From: Auanema rhodensis
Lineage: Eukaryota; Animalia; Nematoda
Direction: 5' to 3'
Assembly: GCA_964057225.1 (NCBI GenBank)
Contig: OZ059899.1
Span: 7,192,001 to 7,256,000, forward strand
DNA: 64,000 bases
Positions within the stretch are counted from its first letter, which is position 1; each line of letters starts with the position of its first letter. A program made the translations under genes and the position numbers. Under the pieces are notes generated by a model. That model made no database searches. It was given only the letters and a program-made list of their open reading frames with translations, and was not told the origin of the DNA. Positions 12,801-28,700 of the stretch are shown here, one piece after another.

Positions 12801-15800
12801 AAAAGAATTTAAGGGCACAGAAAACAATATGATGCAACAAAGTCGGTAGAGCAATAATCCTATGATGACAACTAGCAAACTTGATAATATTCGATATGTA
12901 AGTACTACTGTTTTAGGCAAAGTATATAAATGAGAAAGTTAGTATCGTTTAATATTTTAACATGATAACAGTGTAAAATGAAACTAAAATGAAAAAACGA
13001 GCATATTATAACAAACGAAGCAGAAGGACAAAGAACAGCGTACATTTCTGTGCATTGCATATTTCGCTTTATTGTTGAGAGCACAAATTTATTTCCTGAT
13101 GAGAGGAGAAAATAGGGAGAGAAATGGAAATATTAAGAGTGACAGAGAAAACGAACAACGGGGAGAGTAAGCCAAAACGAGCACGGAAAATAAAGAATGC
13201 CAACATCATATGGCAAATTTCCGTTAAAGTTCAAGACTATATTTGGTAGTTGTTGTGATCACATGAGAAACTAAACAGAATTACTATCGTAACAATAGTG
13301 TTGTTACCAATGAACATAAGCATAATACACTTTTTTTTTCATGGTAATAGAGCACAGGCCGGAAAGATAAATGCAAGTAGATGAAGACGAGTAAAAAGGC
13401 TCTACAGATGGAAACATAATGCAACATAATGGCAACAACATCAATAATATTTATCTGTCCTGTTTACTGTTATGTACCTCGCAAAATGTAATTAAGATAT
13501 CGTTGGAGAGAATAAGCTGATATAGTAGGAGGCGGATAGGAAGGAGAAATAAAAAGAAAGAAAGCAGAATACGAAACAAAAAAAAAGAGAATGAAGTAAG
13601 AATTTTCAACAACCAACAAGTAGAAGGAGTAGAAAAGGGGAGGAGAAGGAAGAGGTACTGACGAAGCGGAAAATGCAGTACATGGAACTATTTTCTTTTC
13701 GATTCATGCTGAACGAAAAACAACTAGATTTACGGATATAAATATGAACAGATAATCCATTTCATCCGCTTCAGTTCTCTTCTATAATTTCTGAATGATG
13801 TAAGAAGAGTATATCAAGAGAAGAAAACTATCTATAAGTTATTCCAAGAAACCAATTCATTTATCAGGTGATAATCATATCAACATCGATCACAAGGGAG
13901 TAACATTCATTTATAATCAAGTTGAGCATTTGCAACTTTTTAAACAGCCTTCATAGCCTTCATGTGCAAGATAGATAAGTAAACCATACAGACAGAGTAT
14001 CATTGTGAAATGTTGATGAATATCCGTCCTTATACAGATCTACAGTCAGCTTGACAGATATTTGACTAATTACCTGCTTCATACAGTATACTTATCCCCG
14101 TTCCGAATTATGCAAACGATGAACTGCTCTTGCAATTGTTGAGGAAATGAAAGCAAATGTCTATTCCTTGAACAACAGTTCTTCAAATTGCATTCTTTAC
14201 ATGAAAGTTTTGCGTGTATGTGTGCGTATGCATGTTGTCATCAGGAACAGCATAACAGCTATATGACGACCTCATTCATCTGCGAACCCGAACATCGACA
14301 AGGACGTCAATGTCGTTTTCGAGAGTGCCAATGAGGATAGACCAAGATCTTCAATAGAATGACTGCCTGCTTCTCACAGTAGAAAGAAGGAGCATGAAAA
14401 ACAACATAGCACTCAAACACTCCTTCCACTGCACCTCAGAGAGAAACGAAAAAGAGCTGAAGCCTCTATCCTTTGCAAGTCTCTCTATCACACTTTCTTT
14501 TTTCTCTCTTTTTCCTTTTTTTCTATTTCCCATTCCCCACATTGCTTGGCCAGATCAATTCAAAATGCAAAAATAACGGTGCGAGATAGATGATATTAAC
14601 GAATGGCACTAGGCCAAAACATCCGACGAGCCAACATAGGAAAACAACGCGTGCTCTTTGATCATCATGGACTTCAAATGCAGAAGTGGAGAATATTTAA
14701 AATATTGAAGAAACTATAAATAGTTTTCATTTGTCAATAGTATATGAAAGCTGAGAAACCTATTTTAGTTGAAAATTCCAGGTACTCAAAGCTATTCCCC
14801 GTTCGCCTGATATTGGTATAACTGTACATCTGTTTTAAAAACATTTCTGAAGAGTTGCAGAGCAATATACAATTCTTGATAAACTCAGATGTATATACAA
14901 GATTAGCATATAGATGTTGCATTTTCATGCTTTCAATGCACTAGGAAAGTTCAACAAACTCGAAAGCCAATATGATCACACTAATTGCAACGATGTCACC
15001 TGTAAGTGCATATTCATTCTATTTTTTGCTATTTTGAAGAAATGATGTTTATAATTACATAATACGCATGTAGGAAAACCAAAGCCTCTCATTTCTATTT
15101 GTAGCTCCTCCTACTTTTCAGATATGTGCTAGATAGAAAAATTGAGTGAGACACCGTATGACATGCACACGCTGAATGCTATCATTTCTTTCACTTTTTA
15201 TCTTCTATTCTCTCATAAGGAGGGAGGTATAGAATAGGGAAATTTCTTCAGATACACCACGAACATCAGCAACATCGAAATTAAAAAGATGCGAACGTCG
15301 CGTATGAACTTCATCAACCCGCTAGTCTGTTAACTAACCATGCACATATAGACAGACACGGGCCCACGGCGGACTACGGTAGTAGTCGTGTTATTCTCGC
15401 GATTAAATACACGTCGTCGTCAAGTGAAAAACAGGATTGATGATGGCAACTATGTAGCAACAATCAATAGAAGCACAAAAACAGCACAAAATGAGTAGAG
15501 AGCAGGCTTGCGTGAGAGACGACCGAACGCGAGAACGTGGCGCCGCTGCCTCGACACAAAAACAAGCTAGGAACGGGCGGGCACAGCGATATTTTTAAGA
15601 CGGGGGAGCTAGGGCAAGGACAAAAAAGGGACAAAAAAAGAGTTGAGAGCATAGCGATAGAAAAGGAGGAGAAACTGGGAGGGCTACACCAATGATTCTC
15701 TATCCAGTACGTAGACAAGAACATCAAAGTCTTTGTCTCCGGAATCAACATCTTCCTAATGGATTGCTGGTCTCCGCGAACGCAATAGTTCCAAAAGAGA

Positions 15801-18800
15801 AGATCATTTCTTTCTATTCCTATAACATATTTCACGGAATAACTGAAAGGTCAGATTCTACTGATCAGCAAGCTATAAAGAAGCACGTGATCACATGGTA
15901 TAACTAAACATTTAAGAAATGTTGATTTGTCTGACCTAGAAGTATGAAAACCAGAAAATACAATACCTAAGAATTTGTATTCAAATTGCTCAATACCTCA
16001 TATAAGGTAAAGTTTGAGAAGGTGAATAATTGAAAAGTTCAAAAGCGCAAAGAGAAACGACGATCTATAAAGGAAAGAAAGCGTTTAGCAATTAAGATAT
16101 TTCAGATCAATCCAAGTGCAGAAATACAAAAATACCTCGATATCATTGATGTAAAAGTTATTAGCTTTACTATTATATTTATATGTAATATACATGCAGC
16201 ATATGTATAATTGTCAATTGCTACAAGGGATACGTTTTTTTTTTTCGTTTTGTTTCTCTTTTATGCTCTTTATGAGTTCAACTCATACGATGATTGGACC
16301 TGGACTGGTATATTTCAACAGCATTCAGTCCCTTCAGTCTCCAACACAACCCCAGAGCTACCCCATCGATGGAAGGGGAGAGCTCAACAACGAAAAACAA
16401 AAGTACAAAAAAAGTACAAATACCCATTGTCTCAACAGAGATGCTACTGCGCCTGTTTTAGAGAGGAAGGAGGATGAATTCAGAGAGAAAAAGAAAAAAG
16501 AAGAGAAAGAGATACAAAATAAAAAGTAGAGTGTCTACAATACAGTAACCAAGAGAAAAAAACGAGAACACAGAGTGAAACAGAGTCATCTATAGTTGCA
16601 AAACAAAAGATAATAAAAAAATCGGAGAGTGTTAGAGAAAAGAGGAATGAAAAACTTGGGAGAGGCTTTCATTTTTAATCACATTGCTTGGTCCCTGCTC
16701 GTTAGAAGGTTATGTCAAGCAACGTAAAAAAATTTAAAAATCTTTATCTGGGGATAACGATTACTTATACAAAAGGAAAGATAAATGATCAGCTATCTAT
16801 ATACCATATACGTGCATATGAAACAGTAGATGCAACAGGGTTCATCAGCATCCTAGAGACAGGACGTCAGAGTACACAGATGACATGACGCCGGATGGCG
16901 AAATGTTGAAAACAACGATGGAAGCTGTAGGGCCAAAAAAACAGCTGACACGGACATCAGACGATGTCAACGACATTCTGCTTGTGTATGTATCAATGTA
17001 GTGAAATGATACCTTCGTATTCGTGAATATATGATGAATGAAGGGGGGGGGGGAGAGAGAGAAACGGCTGTGGATCGGGGGAATATTAAGAGGTTAATAG
17101 AAAAGCTCGAATAAATAGAAGAAAAAAAATAAGGAATATATATATATTATTGTCTCTATTTTATTTCAATGTGTTACATGAAAACGTGTCCTCAAAATAT
17201 GCTAATAATATAGTTTTAAATTCATATTTGTATGCGGTAAATATGCCTTGTATATGACACTATGTAAGCATTGTATATATATATTGCACGTTTGCTTGAC
17301 TACACAAAGTTCGTTCGACTAGTCTTCTGATGCTCGATTTAGGATCAAAACAATCTTGGTAGCATCAATGAGATCAGTACTAGTTGTCCATCCATTCCGC
17401 AAGGGCAGCAGGCCCGCATGCACTTGCGGCGGAGCAGTCCGAAAGGTTCAGGAGGTTCGAGCTGGTTGCAAGGCTCACCATGCTTTCCGCAGAGTACATT
17501 CTAACGAGCAAGCTATTTCGAACGAACGATGAACGTGGTGATGTGCGATGAATACATGGAAAATTAAAAAAAAAGAAAATTAGAAGAATAAATAAAGCTC
17601 TGGTTAACATAAATAATGGTCGAGAGTATATCTACGCCATTCATGACAAAGTCCAGTATACAAGGGATAACGACGAAAACAGTGCGTAAGATTATGGTGA
17701 TCCGCATATCTATAGATGGCGAGGATGAAAAAAAAGATGTGATCAACTAAATTGTTTAAAGCGGCTCTTCGACGTGCTCCGTCGTTGCATAGTCGTTGTC
17801 AACTAGTTCTAGTGTGAGTTTCAAAAACACTGACGATGGGAGAAACGAAGAAGACGATGGCAAAGAAGAAGCACTTTTCTGGAGCGGAAAACATAATAGA
17901 AAAAGAAGTAAAAGCCGCAGAGCAGGAAGAGACGGGAGACCCAAGTCAGGACCAATTCCCCACATGAAGCAGGAGAGGAGAAATAGACGAACATGCATGA
18001 CAACAAAAAGAACGAAATAGGAAAAAAAGAAAAAAAGGGTAGTAGATACAGAGAAAGAGCAAGAGAGGGCCAGAGATGGAAAGAAAGAGAAAAGAGAGCG
18101 AGCAGTAGTTTTCCCCCGCTTGGCTCGTTCTGTTTTTGTCTTCGAACATAGAGAGGGATTGAAAGAGCCGAGAACAAAATTGATATAAGGGACGAAACAA
18201 ACTATGCGAAAAAATGATAATAACGATTATCAGTTTCAGGTTTTTTTAGTTATACAATGCAATCATAGTTGAAAGTAGTACATAAGCACTTGACAAGAAG
18301 ACATTTTTAAAATTTTGGTTTATATACAAGTGATGGGAATATAATTGTATGTTCATATGTATTAATATGGATAAAGCTAAACGATCAACTTTATAAATCT
18401 CTTAATAGATTGTTATATATGTGATTGATTGAATATACATAAAATGTTTTTTCAAGTAAAAACAAAAATACTTGTGATGAACTGTATGCTTGAACGAATA
18501 TAGTTAATCTGAGATAAGTAGAATAGAATACAGAAGTTCGGCAACATTTTAAATGCGGACAGCATTATTGACTACATATGCAAAAGCATGTAAAAGTGCC
18601 ACAAACTAATTTAAAAACAAAATAAATTGAATTACTGTTTCAAAATTATAAAATAAGTATTGTTTTTTATAGATGTTTGAATTTGATATGCTGCTTTTGT
18701 TTCAAGCATACAAGTATTTCGTCGCAATTTGACAAGTTTTCTTAATGTTTCGTCAATTACAGTATACTGACAGATGAACAGTAATACAGAAATATAAAAT

Positions 18801-21800
18801 AAGAGAAACTTTAATCAAATAAAGAAAATAAATGTTCGCAAAATGAAATAGAGAATATATAAAGAAACATTAAAACAGATCAGTAGTCCAAACAAATATC
18901 TAGATTTATCAAGCATATATGATAATCATAAAGCCGATATTATCATTTCATTTTAGTATGTATATGTATATACATATAAGCATATATATATATAAACATG
19001 AATTCATATGGCTGTGGATATATTTCCCATTTGAGCACAACAGGATCAATCTTACTAGTACTTCTTTACTTGCCTTCTGTTTTTTTTAAGATTGAGTATT
19101 TAATGTTGGAAAACAAAATAGAAGTGGTAACGTCCGATAAAAATGGGAATGCCTAGTAAATGCAAAAAAAAATCAAGAATAAGATGAGAACAAGAGAGGA
19201 AAAGGGAGAAAGGCGAATATTTCTGATACGGAAAGCTGAAAATGAAAGAAGAAACAAGGGGGGATTGATAGCCCAAGAGAGCTGTCACAAAAAAATGAAA
19301 GAAGAACTAGAAAACAGATTCGAAGCAGGTCACTTTTTGAAGCACTAATAACAAAAAAAACAGAAGCTAGATACACAGAGAAACATCACAAATGTAGAAG
19401 CTGCAACTCAAATATCATAAAAAATGTTTAAATAGTGAAGATAATGAAAGAAAAAAGAAAGAAGCCCATCCATACAAATCTCGATACTTTTCAGTACATA
19501 TTTTAGAATAACTTCATAATCAATAATATATATTGTATGTCTTGCTTATTCATATCATCTCGAAGTCTAATATACCTGTTTTCTATATATTAGGTTTAGA
19601 AAACTTACATATGGCGTAGCATAAACATCATGATAGAGCATTGTATCCACACACAAAGCGTTACAGATCATGGGTACAGACAACTCTGTAGCCGTCGAGC
19701 GTCTATCAGGCAAGTTTGAAGTCAAAGAAGGTGTGAAGTATGAAGCACTAACAGCTGACAACGTTGTGTCAAAAGTGGTGGCTACTGCACTGGCATTCGT
19801 TGGTAACAACTGAAGAAGCTGCGAAGATGATGATGGCAACTGCGCAGTGGCTGAATTAGATATGGACCACAAGTTGCCTGATACACCAGGAATTGGCAGG
19901 CCTGAACAGCTCACGCTGGAAGCAGACGAACCGGCAGAATCCGAGAAAGCGGCCGTTACGAATGGTAAAAACGACGTCACTTCTACTGTTGAGCTTGGAA
20001 TGTCAAATACGACACCCGCACTGAATAATTAGTAATTCAGAAAATATTCAGATAGTAATGATGTATTCCAGAAGATCGCTTGAGATTGTAATATGATCAG
20101 TTCGAATATCTGTTCACTTTTTGTGGACTATTAGAAGCAGCAAAAACCGATCAGCAACAGCAATGAACGGTAAATGTAGGTAGCTTGGAATGGAATACAG
20201 AATACAGTTGAATGGACACTCTTGAATCAGACTCAAAATAGTTCAAAAAGTATATTGCCACATACAAGATGCAATGAAGTAACTGAAGCTACAAGACAAA
20301 AATGTATAATTAGTTTTGATTCATCTGATATCATACCTGTCTGCTTTGGCCTCACAGATGTCGCACAAATAAGAATGAAAAACGTTAGAAAACGAATAGC
20401 AATTGTTTTGTGATTCCCAACCTCACGTGCGTATTAGTGATAGACGAACCCTTCTTAACTTATCGTGATAGAGTGTTCTATGTAGATACTCAACGACGTT
20501 AGAGTAGGTAAGTAGGATGGACGATAGATAGATATATTAATATAGTATTATACCAAATTATTGATAGAAAATGATTGAATATCGTCACTTCAAATAAAGA
20601 AAACGAATACACACTTCGACACAGACACAAGACAGCCAGCCGAAGAGGCTGGGACACTAGTAAAGAGCCGAAGAGAGACTTGTTGTTCTTATTCGCTCTG
20701 AAAGTGCGAACTGACAGAGACGCATGGCCACATTCACTAGTTCTATGTACGCCTATCATGCGCCTGAATAACCGAGTAGAGCGTTACTGAAGTCAGCCAG
20801 AAAGTTCGTAAAAATTCCTTGCAATTACCAAAATCCACCTTTCCTTACACATTACTTGATGAAATATCACTTTTCATTTGTTTTTTCATTTATCAATTTA
20901 AAAAAAAAGATAAATGGAGCATTTTCGCAAATATCAGAGTGCAGCAATTTTAGACTTGGAAACGTTGATCCTCTGAGATCCATATTTCAAACTGTGGAAA
21001 AATATTGACGAAAGACTTTCGCATAATGCAGACGCATATCGCATATAGTTGAAGAACGAGTAGTATTTATGCTACAAATATATTCAAAATCTCTCTATTA
21101 TCAGCTAGCTTAAGCGATATATTAATATAGTGATAGGTTAGAGCCTTGGCCGATAAAACAATAATACTTTGCATGTTAAGTTGATAATAAAATGATTTTA
21201 GTTGTAATAAAATCACAATTATTTTGTCAACATTCGATTTAGAATAATCCGACTGTGAACATATGAATACCTTAATTCCATCTATAATTATGCAAATACT
21301 AGAAAACTGTATAAGAAGTATTTATAGTTATTCATCATAATCAATAATTCTTTTATCGTAGATAATAGTGGTCAAAGTGTTTTTTCGTTTTATATTCAGT
21401 AGTAATGAAATACTAAAAATATTTAAAGGGTTCAAAAGCATCTTGTAAGTCTGATGAAAGAGGGGCAAGACCAGCATACAAAAAATATTTGATATTTTCT
21501 ATTCTGTACGTAAGCCATTGGCTCGCAACTGCTTTTACAAATCAAATTAACGAAAAGTGATAAGAACTCGGGTTTGTTGAGTACATGCTTTGAATAACCT
21601 TTTAAACATACATATACTTGACTATGTATTATATTATTTATATGTATACTTTGTAATTTAGTGATGATTTGATGGCACACAGGGTATTGAGTGGTAAAAT
21701 GAACCTCACATCCCACATGAACAGCCAAAAGATTCGAACTGAAACATATACAAAGAACAAGGAATTGAAGGTCAGCCTTGCGATGAAAGACTGGCAATTT

Positions 21801-22701
21801 CGATAGAGGAACACACAGCTGATGTTGCGATATGAAGAACAACTGCTCAATGCTGCAACCTTTGCGGAGGCTTAGATCAACAATGGATATACATATATAA
21901 AATGCATATTTTGTATTCCATCAGGTAAGCTTACAGCTATGTTTCCAGAAACTAGTTTAGACAAAAAGAACTTTGGAATAGTTTCTTTCAATTGATAAGA
22001 AGAGAAATCAAAAAATCAACTACAAAAGACAATTAATCCTAGAATTTGATATATCCGTAGAAATAGAAAAAGAACAAAACGAATAAAAATTGTAGCTTCT
22101 GAACCCAGAAAGAAAGAAAACTGAAAAAAAAGTGTGAGGAGATTGAATGAGCTAGAAGGAGAGGACGAAAGAAAGAGGGCAGGATACACAAGTAAGCAGG
22201 GCAAGGGCGCCATACCCTGTCCAAATTAGGCTATAGACTTTGTTCGAACGCTTGTAACGAACAACAACAAGAAAAACGTATACATGCTGAATGGGTGGAG
22301 AAAGGAAAGGAGAGTAGCTGTATGGCTGCTAGCTACTTGCTTGGGACTAAAAGAACAGAAGAAGAGAGTCTGATTGAACAGAGAACCCAAAAGAGAGCTG
22401 TAAGAGAAAAAAAGTAGAAGGAGATGGGGAGGGAAAGAAAGAGGAAAAAAGAAAGTGAGAGAGAGGGATGAAGCGAATGAGAGAAAGAAAAGACTATGGA
22501 AGAACAGAAGTAGTAAACAACAAGAACGGGCGGACGAACGGACGGATGGACGGACGACAACGCGGCCAAGAGGTTGCTTGAAAGAATGGAAGAACTAAGA
22601 GGCCAAAAAATGACCAAATACAATTTTCTTTAGATGGCCAAAACAAGCATGATGGATGGGGTTCAGACAACTGAACTTTTCGCACTCAGATTCAACTATA
22701 A

Positions 22702-22744
<43 letters not shown>

Positions 22745-25700
22745 TATATATATATATATAGACATAAGTATAGCTTTATTTTTTTTACTGCTAAATGCCG
22801 AATGTTATAAAAACTTGCATCATGCCACTCATCAACACTATTAGCAAGATCTTCTCAATTAATGCTCTGGAACTCGAATTAACAGAGATGATGGCGCTAA
22901 TTAGATACCTTACTTGCATATACAGAAAATCTGAGAAGCATAAGTAAGCTGCTATGAAAATAAGAGCGAGCAATTGAGAAGAGCTCAACGTGAAAAATAA
23001 TATCCTTCATCCTTCAGATGGACATTACACACAAAGCTGATGTTCACATTTAAGACATGAATTTATTGAAAATAGACATTACAAGTAAAAGCTGTGAATC
23101 GGTAGATAAAACAACTTATAAAAATTAATATGATATGATATAATGCCGAGTAAAATTGAGATTTAACTACAAAACAATTACATAGTAGAAAAAATGTTTC
23201 TCACACCTTCAGTTTTTTTTTCAAAATGTCAAGGAATAAAGTGGAATGGCCACATGTTCGTCGGGTTTGGACGAAGAATGGCTTTAAGTTTTCTGTCTCG
23301 AACGACAAAAAAGACAGAGCATTTCTTCTCTGAGCAAGATCAAGTGAAGAAAATTATACCTTCGGACAGGTGACCAACTTTTCTTCAACTATTAAAGCAA
23401 GATTAAAGACAAATTAGTGCTTTTTAAAAGAACTTCGAGTTTGGCATTACAACTGGTAGAGTTAAATGAGTGATGAAGTGTTCAGAAAAAAAAGAAAAGA
23501 AAAAGGAGATGAAAGAAAATGTTGTAGAATTAAAACGATGATTAGGAACGTTGAAAAGATGAGGATAAAGACAAGAAATGAAATAAAAGAAGAAAAAAAC
23601 TATTGAAACGTATGAGAAATAAAGAGAAGGAGAGAATAGTGAGGTTAAAAGAGATAAAGCAGAATGCTGTGAGACTGAACACGAACAAGCCAAAGATACG
23701 AGAATGCCGAGAAATGACGACGAAGACACAAAATGCCATACGCATCCTCTCAGAAAAAGCTGTTGGGGACAGACATTCGAGTGCGGAAGAAAGAGGAGAA
23801 AGAGAGGCAAAGGAATTAATAGTCACCGGTACAACGGGACGGGAACACACTCAAGAACAACTGCCTTGAAATAGCAAAGCTAGTTGATGGAGATGCGAAT
23901 AGAGAAAGAAAGCCAACAAAGTCAGTACTATACATGTTCGAATAAAGTGATTTAGTGTATGAAAATACAATAGAAACATTGAAAATACAGAAAAACGTTT
24001 CATTGTGATTGGATAAGGAGTAAGAAGATGAATATCCCAAATGTTTCATTGTTGGATAGATCTACGAGCAATCTAATACAAACACAAAAATTAGTCAGGA
24101 ACGAACACGAAAAATATAAAATATTTGCTATGCAGATCATAACGTAGTAATACTCAAAGTATTCCAACTTGAAGAAAAACAGAAACGACAATACAGTTTT
24201 ATGTGAAAGTTTTTTTCTTATTTCACGAAGTTTTGAAATGTATAAAAAGAAGTATTTCTACAATCTTTACTCAGTTAGTACTAGCTTTCACTTCTGTTCA
24301 TAGTCAAATGATGGTGCCAGCAGTGATAGTAAGTTCTATCCCATCACCTTCACAAAAGCTTTGAACAAGAGCTTTAAGGGTGCACGAATTACAGCAGAGT
24401 CAGTAGTATTATAACAGAAGAGTGATGATCAATGACTGAGCTGAGTGCTGAGAACCATTGCATATAACTTGTGACAAACGGCACGACAGATAAAAAGATC
24501 ACAGCAGATCTTACATCGGAAGCAAAATAGTTATTTTCGAATTTCATATAAGTGATTATGATGAAAATCGACATTTATATTTCAAAGGAAGGAAAAAAAT
24601 AGTTCTTTGAAAAAATATAAAAAGCAAAACATTTTGCAAATCAAAAGAAAAAAATCTGCTAAACAATTAAAATGACAAGACAGTGCTTCTATTTAAGCTT
24701 TCATGATAAATAAAAAAAAGGCAAATGTGGATAAGCATATCTATCCAAATTAGAAGCATCAACTGCGCTATACAATAATCAAAAAGAAAACCTTAAAAAC
24801 CAATAAATAGAAAAATATAAATTGAAAGAATTTTATATACTATTAGATATTTTTGTAGTTTTCATTACGAATTTCAAGTATAAAACGTTGTTAATATAAA
24901 TGGAAACAACACAGAGTGACTTCAATTTTTTCTTTCAAAAAAAAAAAATCAAATAGCAATACCGTGTTTAGTAAATTTAAAAGAATAAAAATGAATAGTA
25001 CTAGATCACAATGAAATTAAAACAAATGTAAAACCATAGCAAAAATTAAGATCTGTATTTTGGCTCATATGATTAAATGTATTCGTTTTAGCAAAATGTT
25101 AGTAATTGACTAGTACTAAAAGCAGTTCCAGAGCAAATATATATATATACATATATATATATACAGCAAGCTTTTTATTTTTTTGTCGAGCACAAACATT
25201 TAAATGCACATGCGTACCTTTATTTTTTTACCTTCTATCTAAGAGTTTTTTTTCGCTCTTTCTGCCCTTTTCTTTGTTGTCAGGTTCAGTCGATTGTGAA
25301 CGAGTAAGTCTAGATTTTGTTTACAAGTAAATACATTACTTGCAGGTGAGTTGATATATTTCTTTCCACATCCGCTTAATTAAAAGCTTCTCTCAAAAAT
25401 GTTTACAATCGTAGTAGGAACAGCAAAATCAACAAGTATTTGCAGTATATAGTTATCTTGATTTTAGCCTATTTTCTGAACGTAGGAGAATAGTTCATAC
25501 AATCGAGAGCAAAAGAAGAAAAGAGATAAGTAGGCGATCAAAGATACAGCTGAATGAGATAGATAGAAGGTTGTGACATTGAAAAAAAGAGCAGACGAGT
25601 GATGTTCTGTCAGTGATGATCAGTAAACTGGCCAACCATATAGTGGATCTGATAAAGCTAACGTTGAGAAAGCACAATCAGGCTGAAAAGGAGCAAGCGA

Positions 25701-28700
25701 TTGACTAATCGTGAAATGCTCTAGCAATAATGCAGATGAAGTACGTAGAACAATCGTTAGTCCGGTGCACTACAATCGCAAAAAACAAAACGAAAGGAAT
25801 CAATGGTATGTGTTTAGATTGTGTCTGGAACAGAAGAAAAGCTAGCAAATCAAACATAAAAGCAAGGCGTCCAGTAAGCACATCGAACGAAGTAAAGTTG
25901 CCGTTTTAATGATAACAAGTTGATAATATTTGAATATGAGAAGTGAACAGGGAGACGCTGAATACATACCAGTTATCATTAAATTTAAATAAAAGGTAGC
26001 GTTATTAACAAATATAATAGTTACATTTCAATAATATCATATTCCTCAAAACGTCAAACATCTTAAGAACATGATTACGGAAGACTAGCAACCTTCAAAA
26101 TCATGATAAGCATATTATCTAGCTTTACGTGAATTGGCAGATAGCAAGGCGTTCGAAGCATAGGTACTGGGTTGATACTGGTCAACTTATATATTTGTCG
26201 GTTTTATATTTAACTGATACGATCATAAAAACCTCCGGCCAAATTACAAAAAAAAAGACAAAGAATTTTTTTTCTTGTGCAAAATTTTATATTCAAATGG
26301 CTGAGAGATACCTTTAAATTGTATAGATATTTGTATACTTCCTATTTGTTATTATTGACAATTTTCAGTAGTATTTTCGCATAGAAATGAACTAAATGTG
26401 GATAAAAAGAGAGGGCATTCGCCTTCGGGTTTTGTGTACAAATAGGCCTCGTGTAGTCAGCGCGGTACATGACACTTGTCAACAACCGATAAACAATTCG
26501 AGTTCATTTTAACGAGCTTCCCAACTGCCTCCTGTCGTTCTAAGGGATAACAAAAATCCTCATTGAAAAACTAGAGACAAAACAAGGTCACAAATGGATT
26601 GATTCAAAACCCTTGCAAGATCGAAAATGCACATTTGATGATTCTTTCGTTCGATCATGATAATGAAACATGGATTAACCTAGAGAAACTCGTAAACAGA
26701 GAATGATTTAACATTCAATAACATCATATGCGTTACTTTCAAGTATAAAAAACTAGCTATAATCTTTCCTTGACAATTCGAATCAAGATCATGTAACTAT
26801 GGATATCATCATTATAGATTGTTCACCTTGTTTCAAATCAACAGACATGACAGTAAAATGCTTTTTTCTCTACCACGTATACGTTTTCCTTACTGAGGAC
26901 GACACCGACGTTGACGAAGCACGACAACGACATAGCCACCGTCCATAGCAGGCCGACACCGCTCCAAATGGACCGGTTTGTCCTCTTCTATGCGAATGGT
27001 TAACGTAATAGATGTGTTCCATCTCAAGCACACAACATATATGGCCTTGAAATGGTTCAGTCCAATGAAGGTAGGGTATGACAATCAGGACTTCAGGAAC
27101 TGCTAACTGCAGCGCCTCGAGGTATCGTAGCAAGACCACGAAAATGACTATGCGAATTGTATATACATAGACAACGCATTAGACATTTTTGTATCTTTCC
27201 GTCTCTTTCTTTTTTCCTCTCTTTCCACAGCAGATAGCATTCAATGGCAAATCCCAAAGTATTGCTTTTCGGTTGAGACGTAGAAAGCGTCTATTCACTT
27301 GTAATTCGTTTTTCTAGGACGTTCTTCAACGGAATACCGTACTAACAACTTAATATATACTGAACGATTCCGAGAGTGAAAATAATAAAAGAAGATATGG
27401 AAGAGAAAATGCAAGAACACTAGCGTACTGTGACAGTAACATATTGGCATAGTAAAGAGAAGACAGTAATCACAGAACTAAATGACTAAATGACTAACAA
27501 TGGACATGGTGTCAGAGTCATGCAGGAACAAAAGAGAAAAGAAAAAGATAATGAAAACACAAAAAAAAAGAACATCAAGAGTGAAAAAAACTGAATGTTT
27601 CCTTTTTTTTTACTTCAAAGTTCAAAAAAGTTCAAAATCTAAGGAAATCGGAATCGTAAATTCCATATATCCCACATATTTCAACACTATCTATCGTATT
27701 TGAAATTAGATTTCGTAAGTAGCGAACAAAACTATAATCTTCAGAAATATATTATTTCTCAATTATATATTAAGAAAATTGATTTGTTAAATTCTCAAAT
27801 AGTACAATAAGATCTTATTAGGTGATAGATGTTTTCAGTACTTCTGAACCGTTTAAAAAGATACGAACTGGATAAGAGAAATCAGTATATACGAAGAGCA
27901 TAGCACGATCAATATATAAAACATAATTTCATAAAGTATTATAATAAATATTGACTGATTGTCATTTATATAAAAATAAAAATAAAAATATATAAATATA
28001 TCTATATATATATAATCTCTCTCTCTATATATATATATATTATGAATGAGCAGCATTTTCACCTGCATGTTTTCAATAGGAAACAAAATTATAAGCTGTC
28101 AATGATATAAACTGAATATAATGTAAGCTAGCCAGATGGCGTATTAATGTATATACCAATAAAACGAGATATATGCAAAGATTGCGGCAATGAAGAAACT
28201 TTTTTTTTTCATCCTGCTTCCGATAGTATAGATCTACTTACAATCTACAGATCCATTGTTACTAACGTGAGGTTTGTTCAAAAATCATAAATTTATCTAG
28301 ACATCCTTTCATTGAAATTAAGTACTTAGCGTTGCCTTTCCTTCTCCACTCCATTAACTGGTGATGCTAAATGACATCGTTCATCATTCCTCGCAACCCC
28401 CCTCCATCGGTCCGGTTGGCTTCCGCCAATAGCAACCTTATGGAAACTTCCCTCATTATTCATTTTTTGATGTCTACGAATTTTCATTTATATTGAAAAC
28501 AAAGCAATTTTGTAAGACGAAATCAGTATTTTTTGACATAATTTCGCACTCAGAAAGCCCTCAAGTTTCAATCTATTTGATCAGCTAAGGATTCCAGATT
28601 AGGCTTAGATTAGGCTAGAGCAAATAAAAAAAATGTTATAAATCTCTCCTGATGTTATTATCTGGAATTTCACCACAACGTATGAACACGATTATATCGA

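Noticed and set aside
21784-21805. mir-71-like TGAAAGAC
   Set aside because: Seed-only match with no hairpin.
15339-24574. Additional tiny ATG-to-phase-0-donor hits (MCM 15339-15347, MWD ~21.7 kb, MQ 22914-22919, MSIF...ASD 24515-24574)
   Set aside because: Very short or intron-like in composition. They illustrate the chance background for the alternative-exon search.
28597-28618. TTAGGC telomere-like repeats
   Set aside because: Only two degenerate copies.
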